A stretch of DNA of 58,944 nt from Gemmatimonadaceae bacterium (GTDB taxonomy: Bacteria; Gemmatimonadota; Gemmatimonadetes; Gemmatimonadales; Gemmatimonadaceae). Positions 9,001 to 15,615 of this stretch are shown piece after piece (position 1 is the stretch's first letter; every line of letters begins with the position of its first letter). The DNA lies in the NCBI GenBank assembly GCA_035760785.1, contig DASTSH010000160.1, positions 1 through 58,944 of the forward strand, in the 5' to 3' direction. A program made the position numbers and the translations under genes. Under the pieces are notes generated by a model. The model ran no database searches. It saw only the letters and a program-made list of their open reading frames with translations, and was not told where the DNA came from.

Positions 9001-9422
9001 CCGTCGCCGATGGAGATGTTGCTCCGGATGAACGGCTCGCCCGTCCCCGCCCAGATGATGCTGTGGTCGGAGGGGGCGATGGCGAGCGAGCCGATGGAGG
9101 AGACGTGGAGGGAGTCGGCGATGGGGAACCAGTTCGTGCCGCCGTCGGTCGACTTCCAGATCCCGCCCGAGGCGGCGCCGGCGTAGTAGACGTTCGGGTT
9201 CCCCGGCTCGCCGATCACCGCGCTCACGCGGTTCCCCTGCGGCCCGACGAAGCGGAAGCGGAGCTGGCTCACGTCGATGCCGTTCACCGTGTCGCCGCGC
9301 GACGCGGAGGGCTCGTCGTCCTCCTGCGCCCGGAGGGCGCGGGAGGAGAGCGAGAGGAGCGGGAGGAGAGCGAGGGCGAGCGCCGCGGCGGCGTGCACGC
9401 GGCGGAGCGTGATGACGCGCAT
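6075..9422 (-). CDS. secreted BNR/Asp-box repeat, sortilin (VPS10)-like glycosyl-hydrolase-like protein
   Basis: Frame of ORF 6075..10385, trimmed to the ATG at 9422 (MRVITLRRVHAAAALALALLPLLSLSSRALRAQ signal peptide). At least 8 SxDxGxxW boxes are present (STDGGTNW, SLDGGRTW, TTDGGEHW, SRDGGTTW, SDDGGALW, TRDGGAHW...). The 321 upstream aa are Arg/Gly junk overlapping the next gene. Confidence 0.9.
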   Translation of the reverse strand: MRVITLRRVHAAAALALALLPLLSLSSRALRAQEDDEPSASRGDTVNGIDVSQLRFRFVGPQGNRVSAVIGEPGNPNVYYAGAASGGIWKSTDGGTNWFPIADSLHVSSIGSLAIAPSDHSIIWAGTGEPFIRSNISIGDGVYRSLDGGRTWKHMGLEKTGRIARVIVDPHDPNTVFACALGHAYGPQPERGVYRTTDGGEHWERVLFVNDSTGCSDLSMDASSAHVLLAGTWQFEIHTWGKYSGGKGSGVWLSRDGGTTWKRIVGHGLPTTPVGKVAVAIAPNDPDRMYVLMETGGKGSLWRSDDGGALWKTVSYSHMLAERPHYYTRMLVSPSNENEVYFPSNTMMVTRDGGETTEPLRWGGDNHDMWADPTNPDRMMIGFDGGLMITTNHGRGWRDVILPIAQMYHVAVDDRVPYWVYGNEQDYYSVRGPSNSLQGRSIPSTLWQTTAGCETGFSVPDPVDTNVVWGSCYAGGVARFDLRTGHEHSVDPWPDKSLDAPADSIKYRWNWTMPLALSPHDHNTVYVGSQYVHRTRDGGAHWEVISPDLTTNDTTKLGPSGGLTPDNLGVEYFSTLFAIAESPAAKGVIWAGSNDGLVHVTRDDGAHWTNVTPPAKLLPKWGTISNVEPSRWDAGTAYISVDFHQVNDRDPYIYRTSDYGHTWHRITDGIPRSPFSYVHVVREDPKRRGMLYAGTENGLYVSYDDGGHWQALQTNLPHAPVSWLAIQERFDDLVVATSGRGVWILDDLAPVRELDRLAKEEAHLFAPRPAYRFIQVNRMKTDPNDQSAGRNPPYGAIITYYVRHGRDTTTAAPRDTAARGGSAPRAGGAGSGGSADSSRASRDSVEIVIRDAQGRTVRKLKGPERSGIDRVAWDLRWEKTKEVELRTTPPGQTHIWEEKRFVGKRTRPVVHYGIEEPKLGPLAAPGTYTVDIAVRGTHYTRQLTVLRDPRSAGSDDDVQAAARFALEVHDEIDTTVAAINHIERVRKQLEDLRDMYGKDSTMKPLLAQAKSVDGKLSAVEDQLLQRVLQEDDPKTYRAPMQLYVKLLFLEGMVGSGAGDVAGNPDFPPTAAEVEVNDALKRRLADALAALRTVMERDLPALNRAVAERAVPVVGR

Positions 9423-9552
9423 GGGTACGGGGTGGCGGCTGGAGGATCGGCGCCGGCGGCGAGCGCGGCGTCGGTGGGCGCGAGCGTCGCGTGAGAGTAC
9501 GCGGGGCTCGGACGTGACGTTGCGGCAGGGGCGCGGGATGGGCAAGGAGGGA

Positions 9553-9589
9553 GCGGGAAGCGGCGCGGCGGAGCCGCGCCGCTTCCCGC
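9553..9589 (-). terminator. 16-bp GC hairpin abutting the stop codon of the cupin gene
   Basis: GCGGGAAGCGGCGCGG-cggag-CCGCGCCGCTTCCCGC sits immediately 3' of the stop at 9590. Confidence 0.55.
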
Positions 9590-10297
9590 TCAGGCCGTCG
9601 GCCCGATCAGCACATCCCGGAAGACGTCCGGCGCGGCCGGATCGTGTTCCACGGTGTTGAACGCCACCAGCACCATCGGCCGGTCGCCGGTGTTCTGGAA
9701 GGCGTGCGAAACGCGGGGCGGGATGGTGAAGCGCCACGCGGCGCCGGCGGGGACGTCCACGTCGCGCACCACGCCGCTCTCGCGCAGGCGCACGAGCGCT
9801 GGGCCCACCACCACCGCCACCTCGGTGCCGCGCTCGTGGTAGTGGTTGCCGCGGATGGCGCCCGGCGCGCTGGTGACGAGATGGACGTTGCGCTGCCCGG
9901 GGAGCATCCCCGGCGTGGCCGGCTCGAGCACGATCCCGCGCGCATCGGCGTGCACGGTCACCGGCTCCACCTCCGCCATGCGCCCCGCGGGCGCGGTCGC
10001 GGGCGCCGCCGCGTGCCTCGGCGGCGATGCCGGCGCCGCGGTGCCCGCCGCGCCGCCCGCAGTCGCGCGCGCTCCCCTCTCCGTGCTCACCGCCTGCCCG
10101 CGCAGGTGCGCCCCGAGCGCCATCCCCGCCCTCACCATCCCCGCCGTGATGAGCAACGCCACCACCACCAGCATCACCCCGCCCGGCAGCGGGATGGCGG
10201 GCAGAAAGCGCCCGATGAACACCCCCGCGATCACGCTCCAGAGCACGAGCAACGCGAAGGAAGGAACGGGGCCGAGTGATGGTTTGCGTGGAGACAT
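9590..10297 (-). CDS. membrane-anchored cupin domain protein
   Basis: ORF track 9590..10390. I chose the ATG at 10297 (MSPRKPSLGPVPSFALLVLWSVIAG...). It has two N-terminal TM helices, an Ala/Gly/Pro linker and a C-terminal cupin (GNHYHERGTEVAVVV...HAFQNTGD). Confidence 0.75.
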   Translation of the reverse strand: MSPRKPSLGPVPSFALLVLWSVIAGVFIGRFLPAIPLPGGVMLVVVALLITAGMVRAGMALGAHLRGQAVSTERGARATAGGAAGTAAPASPPRHAAAPATAPAGRMAEVEPVTVHADARGIVLEPATPGMLPGQRNVHLVTSAPGAIRGNHYHERGTEVAVVVGPALVRLRESGVVRDVDVPAGAAWRFTIPPRVSHAFQNTGDRPMVLVAFNTVEHDPAAPDVFRDVLIGPTA

Positions 10298-10394
10298 GGA
10301 GTTGAGAATGTCGGAGCGGGCTTGGGGGAGCAAGACTGGAGGAGGTATGTGGGACATGGTGGCTAGACCACCATGTCCTACACACCCCAACCCC

Positions 10395-11159
10395 TCAGTC
10401 GTACATCTCGCCCGGATCCACTTTGGCCAGCTCGACGACGAACTCCGCGATCTTCCTCGTCACCACCTCCACGAACCTCTCCCCTTTCTCCTTCGTCGCC
10501 TCTCTCGGATCACCCACCCCCGTATCGTCCGTCACACGCGTCCACTCGCGCTGGGCCCAGGCCCACCCTTCCCGCAGCCCGCTCGGCCGGAAGCGGCGCG
10601 CGCGCCCCGGACCCGCCTGGGAGAGCGGGAGCACCAGCTCCGGCGCGATCGCCAGCATCACGCTCGTCTCCAGCTCGCCGGCGTGATCTCCCGGCGTGGC
10701 GAAGTATGCGTCGGGCTTCACTGCCGCGTACCAGTTGAGCGTGCAGAGCATCATGCGCGTGGTGGGCTGCAGCTCGCGGATGATCTGCTTGAAATCGTTC
10801 CCGCCGTGTCCGTTCACGATCACGAGCTTGCGCACGCCGTGCGGCTCGATGGCGCGCACGATGTCGCGGAGCAGGGCGGCCTGCGTGCTCGGGTTCATGT
10901 TCAGGCAGAGCGGGATGTCGAGCTGCCCCGTGTTCACGCCGAAGGGGACGGCGGGGAGCGCGATCACCCGCGCTCCCCCCTCCCACGCGAGGCGCGCCGC
11001 CTCGGCCGCGACCGCGTCCGCCTCGATGGTGTCCGTGCCGTACGGCAGGTGAAGGTTGTGCGCCTCGGTGGCGCCCCACGGGAGCAGCGCCACCTCGTAT
11101 CTACTGTCGCGCACGATCTTCCAGCTGGTCTCGGCGAGGATGTACGGTCGTCCGGTCAT
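10395..11159 (-). CDS. creatininase family protein (creatinine amidohydrolase/MftE-like)
   Basis: ORF track 10395..11159. Motifs: LPWGATEAHNLHLPYGTD, VNGHGGN, GDHAGELETS. Confidence 0.9.
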   Translation of the reverse strand: MTGRPYILAETSWKIVRDSRYEVALLPWGATEAHNLHLPYGTDTIEADAVAAEAARLAWEGGARVIALPAVPFGVNTGQLDIPLCLNMNPSTQAALLRDIVRAIEPHGVRKLVIVNGHGGNDFKQIIRELQPTTRMMLCTLNWYAAVKPDAYFATPGDHAGELETSVMLAIAPELVLPLSQAGPGRARRFRPSGLREGWAWAQREWTRVTDDTGVGDPREATKEKGERFVEVVTRKIAEFVVELAKVDPGEMYD

Positions 11160-11324
11160 GCGCGTGCGGGGGGTGGAGGGTGATCTGGTGAGTGCGCCAG
11201 GGCTGGCGCACCGTTGCGCGGCGCGGCCGGGTCACCCATGCTCGTGGTCCGTCCCCGCGGCACTGCCGGGGGCTGCAACCCGCGGGCCCAATCCGCCGTA
11301 GGGTAACGAGGACGAACCCACCAG

Positions 11325-11642
11325 ATGGGAGGAGCGATGACCACGGAACAGGGTCGCACCGAGGAGGTGCGTGTCGGGGGCGAGGGGCTGCTCGCGACGG
11401 TGAAGCGGCTCGTGCGCGAGGGGAACGTGCGTCGCGTCATCATCAAGAACGCCGAGGGGCGCACCGTGCTCGATTTCCCGCTCACGGCGGGGGTGGTGGG
11501 GGCGGCGCTGCTCCCGTTCTGGGCAGCGGTCGGCGGGCTGGCGGCGCTCGCCGCGCACTACACGATCTACGTCGAGCGGCACGACGACACGGCGAGCGGC
11601 GTCGCGAAGAGCGACGTCGCCGGGAGCGACGGGGCGCCGTAG
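11325..11642 (+). CDS. DUF4342 domain protein
   Basis: ORF track 11325..11642. LLATVKRLVREGNVRRVIIKNAEGRTVLDFPLTAGVVGAALLP is typical of DUF4342. An alternative ATG at 11337 lies directly after GGGAGGAG. Confidence 0.8.
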   Translation: MGGAMTTEQGRTEEVRVGGEGLLATVKRLVREGNVRRVIIKNAEGRTVLDFPLTAGVVGAALLPFWAAVGGLAALAAHYTIYVERHDDTASGVAKSDVAGSDGAP

Positions 11643-11653
11643 CGGCGCCCCCC

Positions 11654-12100
11654 TCACGCGAGCGTCTTGGAGAATCGCCGGCCGGTGTACGGGATCCCGC
11701 ACCGCTCGTAGAACGCGTGCGCGCCGGCGCGCTCCGCACCGCTGGTGACCGTCAGCCGCTCGCACCCGCGCTCGCGCGCCCAGCCCTCCGCCGCCTCCAC
11801 CAGCCGCCGCCCGATCCCCGTCCCCCGCGCGCCGGCGGCGATCACCATCAGGGTGATGTACGCCACCGGCCGCGCGCGATGCACCACGTGGAATCGGTGG
11901 AGTCCCATCACCCCGAGCACCGCGTCGCCGCGGGTCGCCACGAGGATCGCATCGCGCTCCGGATCGAGCGCCGCGAGCCGCGACGGGATGGCCGAGGGCT
12001 CCGTGGGATAGCCGAGCTCCGTGATCAGCGGCGCCACCGCCGGCGCGTCCGCGGCGTGCGCGGCGCGGATCCGGAGCTCGCCGGCGCCGGGCGCGGTCAC
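11654..12100 (-). CDS. GNAT family N-acetyltransferase
   Basis: C-terminal 148 aa of ORF 11654..12418. GTG at 12100 overlaps the upstream stop (GTGA). Motif: ARGTGIGRRLVEAAEGWARERG. Confidence 0.85.
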   Translation of the reverse strand: MTAPGAGELRIRAAHAADAPAVAPLITELGYPTEPSAIPSRLAALDPERDAILVATRGDAVLGVMGLHRFHVVHRARPVAYITLMVIAAGARGTGIGRRLVEAAEGWARERGCERLTVTSGAERAGAHAFYERCGIPYTGRRFSKTLA

Positions 12101-12645
12101 GCGCCGCGGCGCTCGCGCTTGGGCGCGGCCTGCTGGATGTAGAGATCGAGGTGCACGCGCGCGAGCCCCATCTGCTGCGCCACCGCGCTGGCGATCCCCT
12201 GCCACGCGGCGTTCTGCGTCGGCGTGAGCTGCCGGATGCCGCGCCACGCGGGGAGCGAGGCGGCGGGATCGGCGTCGCGCAGGTACGTGGCGGCGGCGGC
12301 GTCCATGGGGAGCTCGAGCCACCGCTCGGTACGGTGCAGCCGGTACTGCTCGCGGAGGTACGCGTCGTACAGCGCCTCGCGCAGGAAGAGGTCCACGGCG
12401 CGCCGGGCGATCCCCCACCCCTGCGCGTTGCGCGGGAGGCGGCGGAGGAGTGTGTCCGTCGCGCCGTCGAGGCAGCGCCCGAACGTGGAGGCGCGGCAGA
12501 GCGCGAACTCGCGCAGGGAAAGCTCGGCCAGGACGTCGCGCGCGACCGCGATGGCACCGGCCGCGCCGCGCCCACCCAGCGCGGTGCCGGGGAGCGCCGA
12601 CACGGCCACTTTCCGCTGGATCATCTTGAGGAAGTCGCGTCTCAC
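12097..12645 (-). CDS. hypothetical protein
   Basis: ORF track 12097..12756. The start is uncertain: GTG at 12645 gives (M)RRDFLKMIQRK, a twin-arginine-like motif, and an ATG lies at 12624. No family recognised. Confidence 0.55.
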   Translation of the reverse strand: MRRDFLKMIQRKVAVSALPGTALGGRGAAGAIAVARDVLAELSLREFALCRASTFGRCLDGATDTLLRRLPRNAQGWGIARRAVDLFLREALYDAYLREQYRLHRTERWLELPMDAAAATYLRDADPAASLPAWRGIRQLTPTQNAAWQGIASAVAQQMGLARVHLDLYIQQAAPKRERRGA

Positions 12646-12779
12646 GGGCTCGGTCCGGCAGGGGCAGGTGGACGGGCCGCCGTCGTGCGGCCGCGCTCGG
12701 AGCCGGGGAAGATATGCGGCGCGCGGTCCCCCGTCAGGCCCCGAGGGTTGGGGCAACGCCTGGGGCCGGCACGCAATCT

Positions 12780-12807
12780 TTGACTTTCTTCATCATCCTG
12801 CTACATT
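12780..12807 (+). promoter_or_regulatory. sigma70-type promoter TTGACT-N16-TACATT for the rpsU2-infA leader
   Basis: Read directly from an A/T-rich patch in otherwise GC-rich DNA. The upstream gene is divergent. Confidence 0.5.
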
Positions 12808-12854
12808 TAGCAAGCGACAAGAAGCGCCGACGACGCGCACACGTCTCATGTACC

Positions 12855-12890
12855 GGGGGCCTCGCTGAGCGGTGCCCCCGTTTTCGTTGT
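12855..12890 (+). terminator. terminator-like hairpin plus T-rich tail inside the rpsU2-infA leader
   Basis: GGGGGC..(inner CGC/GCG stem)..GCCCCC is followed by GTTTTCGTTGT. Its 5' arm context GTACCGGGGGCCT matches GTACGGGGGCCT at 5388-5399. Confidence 0.5.
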
Positions 12891-13094
12891 CGGCGGGCCG
12901 GGCGACGCCCGGTGCACCATGTGCAAGGCCGGACATGACCCCCGGCCGCCCGAAACGTGGCCGGACATCAGTGGATGACTCGGCCGGGTGGCGAACGACG
13001 CACCCGGTGTGCGAGGGGTCGGCTCGATGCGAGTACGTCGGGCAGACCCCTCATCTCGTCGCCGGCAACACGGCGACTCTTCAGTGGAGACAGA

Positions 13095-13286
13095 ATGATC
13101 GAAGTGAAGCTCGACGAAGGCGATCGGATCGACTGGGCGCTCAAGACCTTCAAGCGGAAGGTACTGCGCGCGGGAATTCTCAAGGATCTGCGGCGCCGCC
13201 GGCACTACCTGAAGCCGAGCGAAGCCAAGCACCTCAAGTCGCAGGCTGCGCAGCGCCGCGCCCACGGCAAGCGGCGTGCGGAGTAA
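13095..13286 (+). CDS. rpsU: 30S ribosomal protein S21 (copy 2)
   Basis: ATG at 13095 inside ORF 12957..13286. [44 protein letters not shown] counted about 39/63 residues identical to copy 1 by hand. Confidence 0.9.
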   Translation: MIEVKLDEGDRIDWALKTFKRKVLRAGILKDLRRRRHYLKPSEAKHLKSQAAQRRAHGKRRAE

Positions 13287-13311
13287 CGACACTCTCGCGC
13301 GAGGACGGCGA

Positions 13312-13533
13312 ATGTCGAAGGAAGAAGCGATGGAGCTGGAAGGCGTGGTAGCCGACGTGCTGCCCAGCACCACCTTCCGGGTCGAGCTGGAGAACGGGCA
13401 CACCGTGCTCGCCACGCTCGCCGGAAAGATGCGGCGGTTCCGCATCCGCGTGCTGACCGGCGACCGCGTGAAGGTCGAGGTCTCTCCCTACGACCTCACG
13501 CGCGGCCGCATCACCTTCCGTTACAAGAGCTGA
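13312..13533 (+). CDS. infA: translation initiation factor IF-1
   Basis: ATG at 13312 inside ORF 13276..13533, preceded by [77 protein letters not shown]. Confidence 0.95.
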   Translation: MSKEEAMELEGVVADVLPSTTFRVELENGHTVLATLAGKMRRFRIRVLTGDRVKVEVSPYDLTRGRITFRYKS

Positions 13534-13572
13534 GCACAGCCACATCGCTTCGGCTCCCGGGCGCCTCGCGCA

Positions 13573-14454
13573 TCAGCGCGGCGCCCCGGCGCCCGGCGCG
13601 CCCGGGGTCACCCGGGCCGCCACCCAGTGCGGCGCCTCCATCCACTTCCCGGCGTCGAACAGCTCCGCCGGGAGTGGAGCGTCCACCCTCCAGTTGGTGT
13701 AGACCTCCCGCTGGATCACCGCGCCGTTCAGGATGACCTGCACCTCCGTCGCCAGCAGCCCACCCGCGGCGGGGACGTAATTCTCCATCCGGATGTCCTC
13801 CATCTGCGTGCTGTCCGCGGGCGTCTTCCCCGGCGGCGGGAGGAGCATGCGCCGGAGCACGAGCTGCTCCGCATCCACCCAGAACTGCGGCGACGTGCGG
13901 TCGCTCGCCCCGTGCGCCCCCACCACGTACACGGGACGCCCCTCGAACGTGTCCGCGCGCACGGCGCTCATGTCGTACCGGTCGTGCGCGAGATCGGCGA
14001 GCGTCCGCGGCACGGGCTGCAGGTACAGCGTGGTGACGAAGGGGAGGAGCGGGTTCGCATCGGCGGTGGCGCGCGCCACCTTCCCCCCGCGCACGCGGTA
14101 GACGGAGTCGCGGGTGAAGAGGATCCCGTTCCCCTCCCCCGGCGCGCCGATGTCGATGCGCAGGCGATCCCCCTGCGTGGCCTCGAACCAGGTCTCGTGC
14201 AGCGGCGTGCCATCGGGATTCCGGCGCGTGGTCCACTGCATGAAGGTCAGCGTGTGGAACCACTTCCCGGCGTAGTGGTCGTGCATGCGCTGCACGAGCT
14301 CGCGCCCGGAACGCGGGACGGCGGCCGTCTGCGCCGCCGACGGCGTCGCGGCGAGCACGGTGGACGCCGTGGCGGCGATGGCGCACGCGAGCGCGCGGCG
14401 GGCGAGGGTGGCGGAGCCGCGCGAGCGGCGTCCACGCGTGATGGGCATGGGCAT
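13573..14454 (-). CDS. secreted hypothetical protein (possibly LolA/LolB-fold, tentative)
   Basis: ORF track 13573..14541, with an ATG at 14454. The signal peptide is MPMPITRGRRSRGSATLARRALACAIAATASTVLAATPSAAQ. No confident family. Confidence 0.65.
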   Translation of the reverse strand: MPMPITRGRRSRGSATLARRALACAIAATASTVLAATPSAAQTAAVPRSGRELVQRMHDHYAGKWFHTLTFMQWTTRRNPDGTPLHETWFEATQGDRLRIDIGAPGEGNGILFTRDSVYRVRGGKVARATADANPLLPFVTTLYLQPVPRTLADLAHDRYDMSAVRADTFEGRPVYVVGAHGASDRTSPQFWVDAEQLVLRRMLLPPPGKTPADSTQMEDIRMENYVPAAGGLLATEVQVILNGAVIQREVYTNWRVDAPLPAELFDAGKWMEAPHWVAARVTPGAPGAGAPR

Positions 14455-14503
14455 GACGATGAGGAGAGAGAGACGGATGCGCGCGGACGCCCGCGCGTCG
14501 TGA

Positions 14504-14863
14504 TCAACTGATGAGCGGTCCCAGGCCGACCAGCAGCCCACCGACGAGCAGCGCGCCCCCGGAGAGCGCGCCGAGCGCCACCGCGGCGCCTTTCACGATG
14601 CGCAGCAGCAGCGCCTCGCGCGACGCGCCATCGCGCCCCTCGAGGGTGCGGTCGGCGATCCCCCACGCGCCGTAGGAGAGGAAGCACCCCGCCGCGGCGA
14701 GCAGCAAGCCCCACGCCGGAGGGCGCCAGAGGGCGGCGACGACGACGGCCACCACGCCCCCGGCCGCATCGAGCACGAGACGGCCGTCGGAGGCGGCGCG
14801 CGCACGCGCGGCGAGCAGCGCGCCGAGCGTGCGATCGCGATCGGAGAGCGAGCCGGTCGGCAT
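14504..14863 (-). CDS. small membrane protein (3 TM)
   Basis: C-terminal 119 aa of ORF 14504..15496, with an ATG at 14863 (MPTGSLSDRDRTLGALL...). The upstream part of the ORF is Arg/Gly junk. Confidence 0.6.
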   Translation of the reverse strand: MPTGSLSDRDRTLGALLAARARAASDGRLVLDAAGGVVAVVVAALWRPPAWGLLLAAAGCFLSYGAWGIADRTLEGRDGASREALLLRIVKGAAVALGALSGGALLVGGLLVGLGPLIS

Positions 14864-14886
14864 GATGGACTCCGGTGTGGGTCCCA

Positions 14887-15432
14887 CTACGCCACGCGTC
14901 CTTCCCGCACCACCTGCCACTTCCCGTTCCGCTTCACCAACTGGTACGCGCGCTCGAACGCGAATCGCTGGTGCGGCGCGGCGCCGGGAAGGTCGTAGCG
15001 CTGCGCCGAGAGATACACCTCCACCGAATCCCGCCCGAGCGAGAGCACGGGGGAGAACCGCACCACGTACCCCGCGATCCGGGCCTGGCAGCGCGGCGCG
15101 CGCTTCGCCTCCTGCTCGGCGAACGGACCGCACGTCCCCTGCACCACCTCGGCGTTCCGGAGCGAGCGCACCACCTGCGGCGCCACCGCCGGCCCGCTGC
15201 CGTACCCCGAGCCGCGGGGGAGCAGCTCCGGGTAGAGGAGGAGCGAGAGCGATGGCTCCTTGTCGAACGCCGCCCGCACCGCGCTCTCGTAGATCGTGGC
15301 GCGCTCCTCCACCGGAAGCGAGGCCTCGTGCAGCCCGCGCCCGCGCGCCGCGTTCGCGTCGTCGTTCCCGCCCCCGCACCCCGCCGCCATCAGCGCCACA
15401 CACATCACCCACCACCCCGCACCGTATCGCAT
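14887..15432 (-). CDS. lipoprotein, family not recognised
   Basis: ORF track 14887..15534, with an ATG at 15432. MRYGAGWWVMCVALMAAGCGGG contains a lipobox. Confidence 0.7.
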   Translation of the reverse strand: MRYGAGWWVMCVALMAAGCGGGNDDANAARGRGLHEASLPVEERATIYESAVRAAFDKEPSLSLLLYPELLPRGSGYGSGPAVAPQVVRSLRNAEVVQGTCGPFAEQEAKRAPRCQARIAGYVVRFSPVLSLGRDSVEVYLSAQRYDLPGAAPHQRFAFERAYQLVKRNGKWQVVREGRVA

Positions 15433-15448
15433 CGAGACGCGCGCTCCC

Positions 15449-15464
15449 GGGCCCACGTGGGCCC
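15449..15464. promoter_or_regulatory. perfect 16-bp palindrome GGGCCCACGTGGGCCC just upstream of the lipoprotein start
   Basis: Read directly from the sequence, 17-32 nt 5' of the ATG at 15432. Its function is unknown. Confidence 0.3.
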
Positions 15465-15615
15465 ACGTTGGATCGTTGCCGTACGCCGCCTTCCACTGGT
15501 TCGTGCCCACCAGGCGGTCATCGGCGACGCGCATGGCGTTGCTCGCGCCGGTGATGCGCGTGGAACCCGCCGCTCCATCTAGCCCTCGGCCGCGCTCGCG
15601 GTCAAGGATGTGCCG

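Noticed and set aside
9423-10385. The 321-aa N-terminal extension of the BNR protein, which the ORF track shows as a 1436-aa ORF (6075..10385).
   Set aside because: The extension is Arg/Gly/Ala/Pro-rich with no protein-like pattern. It overlaps the well-supported cupin gene (9590..10297) in another frame. The internal ATG at 9422 gives a textbook signal peptide.
12624-12645. A Tat signal peptide (RRDFLK) at the N-terminus of the hypothetical protein 12097..12645.
   Set aside because: The motif is a perfect match, but the following segment (MIQRKVAVSALPGTALGGRG) contains charged residues and is only weakly hydrophobic. I therefore keep it only as a note on start-codon choice.
12848-12868. A 6-codon leader peptide (ATG TAC CGG GGG CCT CGC TGA, MYRGPR) overlapping the terminator stem in the rpsU2 leader.
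   Set aside because: No SD precedes it. The homologous csp leader has no ATG at the equivalent position. It is therefore probably a coincidental ATG within the conserved GTACCGGGGGCC stem context.
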